Below are positions 24,968 through 36,803 of a stretch of DNA of 64,000 bases, in pieces. Location: contig JAYWIR010000023.1 of assembly GCA_036172245.1 (NCBI GenBank), positions 434,001 to 498,000 on the forward strand, in the 5' to 3' direction. The notes under the pieces were generated by a model. That model was not told the DNA's origin and searched no databases. It saw only the letters and a program-made list of their open reading frames with translations. Position numbers and translations under genes: made by a program. This DNA comes from Raillietiella orientalis (Eukaryota). The stretch's first letter is position 1. Every line of letters starts with the position of its first letter.

Positions 24968-27900
24968 CTGGAAGAGCAGAGAGCGTTACGACGAGGTTGG
25001 ACCCCGGGGGCGCCCCTCGGGACGGAGAAGTTGGCGCGACTCCGGGAAGAAACGCCGGCGAACACACCCCTCAGCGGCAACTTCCCTCCCCCTCCACATG
25101 CCCTCGTCTCAGGACGCAGGGACGGAACGAAACAACTAGGCCCGAGTCCTGGAAGCCCATCGCTCCCCGAAGAGGTACACGACGAACGCCGACCCCTCCC
25201 CTCGTCAGGCGCTCCATCGGATGTAGACCCAAGCAGCCCTCCTCGAAGATCCCTGACGTCTCTTCCCGGGGAACGAGGAGGGACCCATGCTGGCGCTCTG
25301 CCTACTGGCGTCAGGAGCCCGGCCGGTAGCGTGGGCGCGAAGAGGAGCGTCGGCGCTCCTCCCTCCTAGCCGTCGCTGGCGGCGTGCCAGGAAGGCGGGC
25401 ATCCACGGGGACCCTGGAGCAACCTTTTCCCCCTCCCAAAGAGCGCACGCCGCCTGCGAAGGGCGCGGCTGGAGACACCGCCCTCTGTGCAGGGACTGGA
25501 GCGCCGCCTCCCCACGTCGCTGCGCCAGTCGTTGCCCTCTGCCGGGAGAGTCTCCGGGACCCTTCGTTCCCTGGAGTTCCCGGGTCTGCCGCTCTTGCAG
25601 GGCCAAGGGCGGAAGGGGCCGGTTTGGGAAGAGGCGTGCGAAACGGGCCAGGGCGAATGACGCAAAGAGGGAAGAATAGCCTCCTCCTCCTCCCTCGCGG
25701 GATTCGCTTTGGACGCGGATCCCTCGGGGAACTGGCAGGTCCCTTCCGCCCGCGGTTCCCGGAGCGTTACGCCGTGCCGATGAGCCCTGAGACGGCTTCG
25801 CCAACTTCCACCTCCTTCTTGTTTCTCCTCTTCCGCTTGCACTCCCGGGAGGAGAGGGAAGAGAGGACGGTTCCTCGGTCTCTCCAGGTCTACCTTCCTT
25901 CCTCCCTCCTTCCTCTGTGTGGTCCGGGTGGCCGAGAGGAAGGAGGGTGGGAGCTGGGCGACGAGGTTGTCCCGCCGGTCCCGTAGGGTGCGTCTCGCAG
26001 CGGAGGTCACAGGAGACGAGGGCCCCGGACGCCCAGCACTGGGCGCCACAGCCGGGAGGATCTTCAGGACGGCAACGGTGGTGGACCGAGAGAGGAAGGC
26101 CCAGGGGACGGGCGGCGAGCGGGGAGCCTCCATCGTCTAGCCAGGAGGGCAGCACCACTGTCCCGGGGTAGTAGAAGTCCTCCCGCCATCCCCACTCTGC
26201 TGCCGTGGTCGCCCCCTCCCGTTCGGGGACGCGCGCGCTTCTCCCGGAGAGCCGCCGGAGGACGGGAGGCGCTTCCCACAAAACGCCCTCCGCAGGAACC
26301 CGGCCGAGTCGCAGAAGCAGGCTGGACAGGCGGCGGAGGATGTGGGCGACACGCTTAGCACGTTCCCGTCTCCGTTGGACAGGGAAACGCGCGCTCCACG
26401 TGGCGGGAGGGAGAGAGGAAGGGGCAGCTCGTTCGCTCCCCCCCCCTTCCCTTTTCCACGTTCCTGGAGAGCGGAGGCGGTCGCTCGCTCGCCCAGTCCT
26501 TGCAGGCGTGTAAGCGGAGACCTGCCTGCCACCGGCCGGTGGAACAACGGGGTAACCATGGTGATCGGTTTCGCTGACGGATCCCCCCCTCTTTCTCTAT
26601 CTCCCCTTCCCTCCCCCATTCTAGACGATACGCACGCGCACACTTTTGGATGCAACCAGACCAGAGAGAAAAGGAAGCAGCAGCTGAGTTTTCGTCTTTG
26701 TTGTTGGGGAGGGGGAGGGGCACTCTCCCTCCCTGGAGTCTCCGCCCCCAGACGAGGGCAAGAAAGCCCCGCGGGTTTCTCCGCGCTTCCCAGGAGGGAA
26801 AAGTTCGGGACTTCAAGGAGGAGGAGAGGGGGAAGAAGGACAAAAAAACATGAAAACCTCGTGAGCGCTCCTGAAGCGGCGCTACCGTTGTGCGGCCGAT
26901 CGATAGCCCCAAGCAGGACCGACCCGAAGACTTGTTTCCATCGCGACGGGACCTGCAGTATCGTCGCGCGCGCCGGATTCAAGAGATTCCGGGGCCGGGG
27001 CCATCCCGGAACGCGCTCCCTCCCGAGAAGAGAGGCCTCCTCTGGGAAGAGATGCTGGGAAACGCGAAAGGGGGAGCTCTGCGCACATTATTTTTGGTCC
27101 TCGCGGGTGGCAGATGCTGCGCCTGCGGCTCCCGCCCGCGGGTGCGACGGAGGAGCGAAAAACGAAGGGGAGGCGCGCGAGACCGCAGCTTTCTCGCCCC
27201 CCGGGTCGACGCGCGAGCGCGCATCCGCCCACTCCTTCCGGCGGAGCCGCCGCCGCTGCTACCCTCTACCTTTTGCCTCTTCTTCGCCATCCCACCAACA
27301 GGGGTCGTGGCAGAGCATCCGGTCACGACGTCGCCGGCATCGTCGCCGCCGCTGCTTCCGTTGATCATCTGGGAGGGAAAGGTTCCTGATCGGGACGTTC
27401 GGGCGGGAGGACCTTCCGCGGAACAACCGAACCTTCCAGGAGTGAGGGTCTCGCGAGCACCGATCCACCAGCGCGTACAACTCCTGACGGGACGCGGTCG
27501 GCAAGCGAACTGAGTGGCCGGGCGAATTTCGGGTATCGACGCATCCCCGCAGAAAGGTTCGCCGCATGCGCGCGCGCCGCCGCGACGGTACGCTCAAGGC
27601 GCTCTCCGCCGCCGCCGCCGACGACGAAAGAGCCCGGCGCGCGCGCAGCAACGTTCTGTTGGGCCGCCGCAGCTGCCGAAGAGCCGCTCTGCGGACCGAA
27701 GACGCGGAAGCACGAGAGTGGGGGGAGGGAAAGGGAGGTGTCGAGGGCCGCAAGAAGGGAGGAAGAGGCAGCAGCTAGGGGGAAGGGGGGGGGGGGTTTA
27801 CCGATGACGCGCGCGCGTGAGCCACCGCCGACACGCCCAGAGCACGTGGAGGGTGAAACGAGAGCCGGCGGCTCTGCCTCCTGACAGAATCCTCGGGGAC

Positions 27901-30900
27901 TTCGGTCAGCCTGGCCGTCGTCTCGAGACGATCGGTCCGAGGTCCGAGCTGGAGGTGGTCATCGGTCGACTGCCCGTGCGATGAGCGCGGCTTCCGCCCA
28001 TTCTTCCTCCTCCTCCGTCTCGCTTTCCCGTGGGAGAGCCCTCCAGGAGGGGGTCTCTCTCTCCCTCTTCCCTTTTCTCTCTCACTCCTGGTTGGCTCGC
28101 CGCCCACAAGAAGCGCAGCCAGTGCAGCATTGGGATGGCCCCGAGGTGCGGCGGCGGAGACTTCTGACGTCAAGCGATCGGCTACAGGGGGAAGATTATT
28201 ATTTCCCACCCCCCTCTTCTTCCCCCCTTCCCTCTCCTCCCCTGAAGGGGAGCGGGCGAAGCGAGAAGAACCGGCGAGATTCGCGCGCGTGCTGGAGCAG
28301 AGCTCCCTCCTCCCTCCCTGCAGTCCGGGCGCGCTGCACGGCGGCGCCAAGGGGGATGGGGGGAATTTTTTTTTTTTTTTTTTTCCCCGAAATCCTCACT
28401 TCTTCCTGGGGCCGGAGCCCCCCTCCTCTTCGCACCTTACTCATTCCCCGGGCCTTCCCGCTCTGCGGCCGAAGCACGACAGGCCTCAGGGGCTCGCGGG
28501 CGGGTCTAGAAATCTCCCACCCCTACCCCCTTTGCCTCCCCTGCATCCCCGAGTGCTTCCCGGCTCGGGCCGCCTCCTCAGCAGAGAGAGGCGGATCCCG
28601 CTGCCGTGATGCGCCTATGCGTCCCCGGACCGCCCACGGATGAGAGACGGAGGGCATCGCTGAAGTAGCGACTGACGGGAGTCGCGCCCGCTCCCTCCAC
28701 CTTCCTCTCGACTTTCCGGGACGCTTCCATAGCGTTTTTTGGCCGGCCTCCAAAGGGAAGGGAGAAAAAAGACCGCAGCCGCCGCGCGCAGAGGAGATGC
28801 GGGCGTTCGTCTCGGGCTGCGGAAGAGTGAGGGGCGTGCTCCATTCCTGCGAGCGAGGGCAGCGAGAGGCGGAGCCGGATCGGGGGGAGACCTCTGAAGT
28901 CAAGCGGGGGGGTGGCCAGCTCCATCCAAGACGCTTTCACTCGAGCGAAAAGCCTCCGGGGGTCTCGTCCCGGTAGGCCGCTCAATCACCTGGACGGAGC
29001 GACCCCCCGGCGGAGCGGGGACGAACCTCACCAAGAAGCGGGAATGGGGGGGGAGAGGGGATCCATGACCGTCCCACCGCTCTCCTTGTTCCTCCTAGCG
29101 GAGAAAGGCGAGCGAGGGAACGGGATCCGGTGGACACCTCGTGGCGCTCTCTCCTCCGGTGACCCCGCCACCTCAGGGTCTCCGGACCGGGGAAACAACC
29201 GCTTCTTCGTCGGAGGTGCCGAAGTCTCCCCCTCCTAACTGCTGAGTCTGCCTGAAGCCGAGAGGTCAGACGGGAAACGGATGCTGGGCCCAAACCAGGA
29301 CAGAGGAGGAGGAGGACCCTGCATCACCCGGAAGGGGAATTTCCAGCCGGAAGTCCTCGGTCCGATGATGCCCTTACATGCACGGAGCTGCCTGCTGAGC
29401 CGGGCTCGCTTCCCGAGAAGATGAGGCGCCACCACGCTTGACGGTGGTGGTGATGGGGTGGGGGAGGGTAAGAGGAAGAGGAGAGGTGCCATCGCTTTTC
29501 CGCGGTGCACCCGAGGGTGGGAGAGACCGCACTCGAGGGAGGTGAAAAGTCCTCCTCCGAGAGGGAGGAGACCAAAAGAGGAAGACGAAGGAGACTTCAG
29601 TGTTTGTCTCCCGAGAGCGGCCCTTGTGGCAGGTGCGAAGATGGAGGGGAAGAGGGGGAACAGCGGGTACTGCGTGCGGGTCGGGGGTGTCCGGGCGGCG
29701 GCAGAACCTCCTCGCCTCGCGCAGCCGATCATGCTCCGATGTTCGATCGCCATCGAGACGCCGCTCCAGAGGATGATGTTCATCTCAGAATCTCCCGGCA
29801 TGTTGCGGATGCTACGTCATCACCAAGGAAGATCAATGATCCGAACGTGCACATCCAGATCGGCGCTCGCCGCCTTTCAAGCCGGAACCGCCTGGCTGCG
29901 GGCCGCAGCAGCATCGACGGTGGTCAACCTATCCGTTGCTTCCGTCGTCTTGACCTTTGATCGAGAGGCCCCAGATCTCCCTCTGGGAGGCGTAGGGAAG
30001 CGGCTGCATCTCGAGAGCGCCGGCAGCAGGATTCTTGACCCAGAGAAGACCTGATGGATCGCCGCCGGTCCAGCAGGGTGCTGCCAGTGCGCGTCGCTTA
30101 CGGATGGTCCAGGACTGCCCAGCGACGTCCGCGAGAAACTCCAACGCCCCCAAGGCGGCTCTCAACGTCGTACTTTGTCTTGACTCGCCCGCTCCTTCCC
30201 ACTTCCTCCCGCCAGGAAACACAGGTCGGCCGGCGCGGCAACCGCCGCCTCGCGGACGGGCCCACCGTCTTCCGCCCGCCGGTATTTTGGGGCATCAGCC
30301 ATCCACTCGCCCTGGTGGCTAGCCCGCTCTCGAGGGCGCCACCACGGACATCAGCTTCTTTCAGGTCACGCAGCGGTCGAATGATCCAGGGTCTTGCCCA
30401 CGCTCCGTAGAAGCGACCTCCGTCACTCCCCTTCCTCAGCCAGCCCTATCCTTCCGTCTAGGAATCGGAAATCGGAGGCGCTGGAGAAGGGGCGCGCCTC
30501 TTCCTCAGCGTTCCCGGAAGCTTCGAGCTGTGCGCGCGCGTGCCTGAGGACGGCTCCACGGGGCAGCAGTGCCTTCCTCCTCGGACTCGGGGCGAGCTGT
30601 CCTGGGAGGGAAGGGGGAGTGAGAGGAGCGGGAAGGGTTGGGCGGCATGACCCGGCGAGGCCGCCGCTTCCCTGCCCCACCCGCTCCATCCCGCGCGCGT
30701 GCGGCGGCGCCCGCGGCGGCGGTGGCCGCCTCTCCTTCCCCTTGCCCGACCTCCGGCGCGCACGGCGGCTTTCGAAATACGGCGATAAACGGGCGAGACG
30801 TTGCAAAATTTCGGCAGGGCCCGAGCAAAAGCCCTGCTCTACGGGGTGTCGCAACCCTCCTCAAGGCCGCCGCCGCCGCCGAGGGCCAGACGCCGGCTGG

Positions 30901-31471
30901 CGGGGTCGGCGCGAGGATCGCCGGGACGGAGCCGGGAACGGACGAAAGGAAAGTGTGGGAAAGGGAAGCCTCACCGCGCCGCCGCCACCGCTGCCTTCCC
31001 TTCCGCTTCCCCATCCTTCCCTCTCGCGCCCTCACGCGCCGTCTCCCTCCCGCCTCTCGTGCCAGCCGGCTCCCAAGGCCTTCCGGACCGAGCGTGCTGC
31101 GGCAGGGGAGGACGCGAAGAAAGGGGAAGAAGCTTCCCGGAGCACGGGACGGCGGCAGCTGTCCTTACCGTTCTCCCCAGGATAAGGAGGAGATGCGCGC
31201 GCAGAGGGAGAGGTGAGCCTCCGCCCCTTTCGTTCCCGGAGGCACTCGCCTTCCCGTCGCGCACGCCTCCCGGGTGACCTGCAGCCTGGAGTTTGAGAAT
31301 TTACATATCGGCGGTGCGGATGCTGTGTCATGCTCAACTCTGGCATGGAGAGCCCTATGTGGCGCTGGGTTGCGCTTCCTCCCACAGGGGGATCCGCAGG
31401 GCAACCTGGGTTACCTGGGGGGCTCAGCGACTGGGGTCTTCCACGCTTGCTTTTTTTCTGCCCTCCCCCCC

Positions 31472-31529
31472 GGACGATCGGATTAATCCCGCGACGGTGG
31501 GCACCGTCGCGGGATTAATCCGAGCGTCC
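31472..31529. repeat. Long inverted repeat: 22-bp perfect arms with a 2-nt spacer, extending to 28 bp with one mismatch
   Basis: TCGGATTAATCCCGCGACGGTG-GG-CACCGTCGCGGGATTAATCCGA (31478-31523), flanked by GGACG and CGTCC. Confidence 0.95.
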
Positions 31530-32175
31530 ACCCTTCTCGCCGCCATAGCATCACGGGGCCGAAATTCGGACGAAGGACGCTTCCTTGCCCTCCTCCCAAC
31601 ACCCACTGAAGGACGGGCCTTCCTCACAGCAGGTTGCTGACCGCGGGCTGCAAGAAATGATGTCACAGAGCTGTTCCCCTCGGGCGTTCCCTTCCACCTC
31701 GATCGGGAGATGGGGGTCGAGCCGGAGGAGTCCAGAGGCAACTCTTCACCTTGCCTTCTTGGAGAGGGGGGCATCTCCCGCCAACCTGCTGCACCTCTCT
31801 CTCCCGGGAGGATGCGCTAGCTGGACCGGCTGGAATCTTCTGTCCTCTGCCGCCGCCACCGCGTGAGCCCGAGGCGCTTGCAGTCCTTCTCTCCTGACCC
31901 TCCCCGGCTCGTTCCCCGCATAGAAATCTGCCCGCAGTCCTTCGGCTGGCCCAGACTCTCCTGAGGAGGACCACGGTTCGCTCCGAATGTGAGCCACTCG
32001 ACGAAGGAGGGAGGAGTACCGGATGAGCTGCTCGGAGACCGGCAGCGGTTACGTGGACTGGCGCCCTGATCGGCCGGATGGGATCGCCCCGGAGGATTCG
32101 CTCATTCTGAGGAGGAGCCTCGCGACAGGGCTGCCAGGCTCTTCCCCCCCTCTCCGTCTCGCTGCTTCCCCTTAC

Positions 32176-32208
32176 CTCTCTCCTCCGGAACTCTCGGCTC
32201 CGGTACAT
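32176..32208 (-). other. Candidate first coding exon of hexokinase (MYRSREFRRRE)
   Basis: ATG plus 10 codons ending at a strong phase-0 donor GAG|GTAAGG, compatible with the phase-0 acceptor at 24967 (VEEAC). No transcript evidence. Confidence 0.35.
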
Positions 32209-35156
32209 CCAGGGATCGATGTTTTCGGGAGCTCCAAGCCGCTGCGCGCTGTGTCGTAAACCATCCGAAGGGAAGCCCGTCTTCGGCAATCTCAAAGTGA
32301 ACTAGCCGGAGAGAGGAGTCTCTTGACTCCGTGCGGGCGACTTCTCAACTTCCTGGTATCTTTCGCGACCGCCTCCCCGGCCGCTGGACTCGTGATCGCT
32401 TCCGTTGAATGCATTCCTCTCCCTTCCCTCGTCCTCCTCCCTCTAGAGAGCCTCCAGGGTGCCGCTGAGGAAAGATCGCTTCTAGACTCGTGCTCCCTGA
32501 AGTCACCCCCTTCCTGTGCATCCTTGTCACCGGGCAATGCTGCCGATGCTTCAGGAGACACTCGGCGGGGTATCCGAGGAGCCCCTTTTTTTCGCAGTGT
32601 ATGAAGGGGGAGGGAATTCTTTCCCACTGAAGGAGAAGCGGCGTTTCCTTACGGATCCCCCTGGCTTTTCGGAGGCACGTGACTTGCCCAGGACTCGTCG
32701 GAGGACCTGCTACCTCTCCCACGGTCCCCGTGACGCAGGGAGCCCCAAATTCCCTTTCCCTTTGGCTGTGACTATCGGCGGCTTTGCCTTTTCTTCCCTG
32801 TGTCTTCTTTCGAGAAAAGCAGAAGGTCGGCTCTAGGGTCACCCTCGTGGAGTGTGTTTGTGTATCGGTGTGTGGGGGGGGGGGCATTGGCTCTTCGGGA
32901 TCGCACGAGAGGATTCCCAGACCCGATTTTAACCCGAGGAATCCAGACCAAAAGCTATCCCGCTTCTTGGTCTCGGGAACTTCCGGGCCCCGTGCTGCGA
33001 CTCCCGTCTCCCTCGTCCGTTCCCGCCTTGATCGCCCAACATCTCCTTCAGACTTCTTCCCTTTGCTTTCCCTGCTTCCGACTACCACAGTAGGCAGCTA
33101 GGAGGTCTTGCGCGAAGTGGGAAGAGCTCACTTGGCTCCTGACCCAGAGGACCTGTGGACGACTCCATTGTCTTCGCCCACCTCTAGATGGACGCACCAG
33201 CAAAAAAGCAAGTTCCTTTCAGGATGGGTGCAACAAGTAACAAAAGAACAGCAAAAAAGATTTCCCAGGAAAGCTTGCCGCTTTTTCTGCTTTCTCGTTC
33301 TTTCTCGGAAGGGCGGAGGAGCAAGATTCAGCCAAGAGGTCGAAGACCGGGCTCTGACCCGGAAAAGCGTTTCTGGCAATGGACCTTTCTGGTAATGATG
33401 GCTGTGTTGTGTGTAAGGCACTGCACATCCGCTGGGCACTTCCAGGGACCTCAATGAGTCCATGTTGACGGTGACCCCTACTTCCAGAGGGTTCCCGGAA
33501 ACTCCTGCTCCTGTTTTTGATGGGGCGCGCACCTGTGCTAGCAGTGCAGCAACCTTCCTTCCCGTGAAACTGGAAGTGTGAACTGTGTCAAGGTCGTTTT
33601 CTGCCATCCGCTGGCGATCTATTTATAGTTGAGGAGGTCCATAGGATGCACACATGCGTTTCATTTTGGGGAAGTTTGCAGGTTTAACTCGGTTCACCTG
33701 TCAAAGTTCATTTGAATGAGCTCATTCTCTTCGACCTGCCAGATGCCAAAAGAGCTACAGTCTTTTCTTTTCCTCATCATTCCCCAGAATTTCCTTCCGA
33801 TTTCCTCTGCCTCAGCTTTTGAAATGCTGCAGAAGAAGCGGCTAGACAAGCCAACGTCCTTTCAGAGTCAGCCGTTATGAGCAAGCAAGTGAGGTTTTCC
33901 TCCCGGTCGCGCCGTCTTCCTAACGACGCTTTGCCTTCGAACTCTTCCGCCCGCTTCCATCGTGAACTTCTCATGAGACCCGGAGCTTCCACCATTGGTG
34001 TGATCGAATTTCACTCGCCCAAGGATACGGAGAACAGGAAACCATTATTCCTAATTTTTTGGAATTATTTGCCTTCCATTTATGAACGAAGGTGCAGCAG
34101 TGTTCTCATGTAAATTTTCCAATTTGTGTGAGCAACAATTTTCCAATTTTCCTTGAGTTTGAGGTCTTTTCGTGTCTTTTTCCCTGCGTGAAAACAATCT
34201 TTTGCTTGCATGCAAATTGGGTGATTTCTTCCACAAAACGTTTGGTGGGTGAATGGTTTGGGAACTCTTTCAGAAGATACCTCCAGAAAATCAGTTTTCA
34301 ATGGATGTCATTGTCGTCTCTCTGGAAGGGACAGATGAGCAGCTTCCAACCAACATCACCTCCCACGCAGAGAAGGGCTTTCGTTTCGAATTGGAACATC
34401 ACGTTTTCTCACGTCAAAGAACTGAATTTGTAGACTTGATTCCATGTCGATCTTTGATTTGCTGGCTTGCTGGAGAACGTTACAGACACGAGTTCTTTCA
34501 ATCAAACATATGAGCGAACCCAGAAAAAAAAACATCGAGTCTATTTTTAAATCGCAGTGGGTGTTCGTAGGTATTTGAAAAATAGTGATAAGCGAATCTT
34601 GTTTGAAGATTTCACATGCCGTGTTAGGATAGCATTTCGCAGTAGTTATGGAATGATAAGCCATCACTCATACCAACTTCTAATCACCAATTTCACCAGC
34701 CTACATTTGCAGCAGTTATGCGTTTCAGGAAAGTAAAGATCAAAACCAGTGGATTTAAATGAACACTTTTTGTTTTTATACTGCATGGTTACCATTATTA
34801 TTATTATTATTATAGTCACTAAATTACTAGATATTCATCGTGTCTTTCTGTTAGGCAAGATAGTGTAAAATCAGGTTTACAAAAGTTTTTTCTTGCTGTC
34901 TGCTTTGAACTATTGAATCCGTTCTCTGAAGTCATCGATTATTCAAGCTGTGCAGACTTCCAGTCAACTACCCGATTGATTTTTCTGGTATCTTATCATT
35001 AAGGTCTCGAGTAACTTCCCATGAAAAAAATTGGGGATGAAACAATAATTTAAGAATTCAATAGGATTATATTTCCACAGTGTATTTTACATGGACGCCA
35101 GTCATCACGCCCCCAAAAGTATGAGTTTCTCTTCTTTTTTCTGGTTTCTTCTTTTC

Positions 35157-35192
<36 letters not shown>

Positions 35193-36099
35193 CGCTCAAC
35201 ACCCAAAGTTTGTGTTGGTTTTCGTGTGGGAAATTGGTGTGAAAAACTAGCATGCAATGCGTGGATTACAACGACGGTTGCATCAAGCCGTTGATCTAAT
35301 TACTGCCTGGTTTTGAAATTCTTAAAAACATATCCATTCTGCTTCATAGTCACAAACCAGAATTTACTTGCAGAACACTCTCAGTGGGTATGTGTTTTAG
35401 CACGGTGGACACTTAACATCGACCCAAGCCGGTGAAAGAGTTTTAGGGAAAAGGGAGATTACCGTGCCGTTTGCATTCACTTTCCTTTCCACTCTTCATG
35501 TGGTGGTACAAAGTGGTTCTTATGAATTCAAGTGATGCATTTATTTTTCAACCTATAAGGATTTTATCGCAAAGGGAATCATCAGTTTTCCGGACATTCA
35601 CAGTTTCCAAAAGTACCGATTACACAAAGATTTGCAAATCATCCAAGAATGACGCTAAGAATCATTGTGGAACTTTATAGTGTTAAGATATTAATGTATC
35701 CAAAGTACGCAACTGTAGGCGTCAAATGTTCCGTGGAGACGTTCTTTGGGTCATGGGAACTTCTTGGGTGGGTGATCACAGTTTTTTTTTTTTTTCCGTT
35801 TTGTGGCTTTCCAAGATTTCAGTTTCGCTGCTGCATTATAAATGTGTTCTTTGAAAAAAAAAAAAAAAAAAAAAAAAGGAACTATAAACCGAAAGTCAAG
35901 AAAAAGAAAGAAAGAAAAAGCACGATTTTCTATTAGAAGGGAGTAAGAAAGAGCAGACCTCAAATTCGTGACCACAACAATTTCAGGGGGGGGGGGGACA
36001 TCACAGTTAAAACAGTTACAAGAAATTCACATTCCAGAAAATTTCGAGTCAGAGTGCAGCATCTTTAATGAATGAAGCATCGTTGATTGGGAAATAACC

Positions 36100-36207
36100 G
36101 CGATAGAAGGAATCCTGATCGACGAAGTTCCATTCCCGTTTTCTCCGATTATTGTTTGCTACTGTTTACAACTGTCGTGAATATTTACCAGTGTACATTA
36201 TGCAAAG
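36100..36207 (+). other. Candidate non-coding 5' UTR exon of CNOT9 (start approximate)
   Basis: Donor AAG|GTTAGT at 36208 and a pyrimidine-rich acceptor (TTTTCTTTTTAG) ending at 36744, just upstream of the ATG. Confidence 0.35.
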
Positions 36208-36803
36208 GTTAGTACTCGGTACCACTCTGCCGGAAAGTTTGTACGATTGTCGGGCACGCAGCGAATGAATGCATGTGAGCATCGGCAGAATTCCAAAGCA
36301 TGTTTCCTTGCTGAAAGTGTATGTTAACTGTAAGGTATATAGAGTTTACACGTGTCTTATTTTTTTTTTTTTGGTTATTTAAAGTGGACACATGTTTTTG
36401 TATGTTACATTAGTGGATGTGAAGCACCAAACAAGTAGGAAAAAAAAAAACACAGCGACAGACATGATTTGGGAACAAAAAATAAAATATATGTGAAAGT
36501 AATACGAAACAAGGTATGAAAAAAGTGAAGGTAACGTTCGAACCTCTGATGAATGAAAGCTTTATTTGGCTTAACGGTAATTTGGTGCCCATTGGCAGAA
36601 TTCATGTTTGTATGCTTTGCAATGGGAAGGCCGTTTGAGTGTTTGTATTTGTGAAATTAACCCCTTAGTACGCATAGGTATTTTATACACATATTTTCTT
36701 GTGTAGTGACTGTAGTGAGTGACAAATCTTTGTTTTCTTTTTAGCATATCGTCTACTATATCGTTTATTTCGATGTTTCATCAAGAAAATTTTATACTTT
36801 GAC

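Noticed and set aside
25205..27364. Long ORFs of 358, 340 and 281 aa upstream of hexokinase
   Set aside because: Arg/Pro/Gly-rich, overlapping on both strands, with no domain motif. This is expected by chance at this GC content.
33620..33628. TATAAATA as the promoter of the 33607 ORF
   Set aside because: It is only about 13 nt from the ATG, too close for a TATA box.
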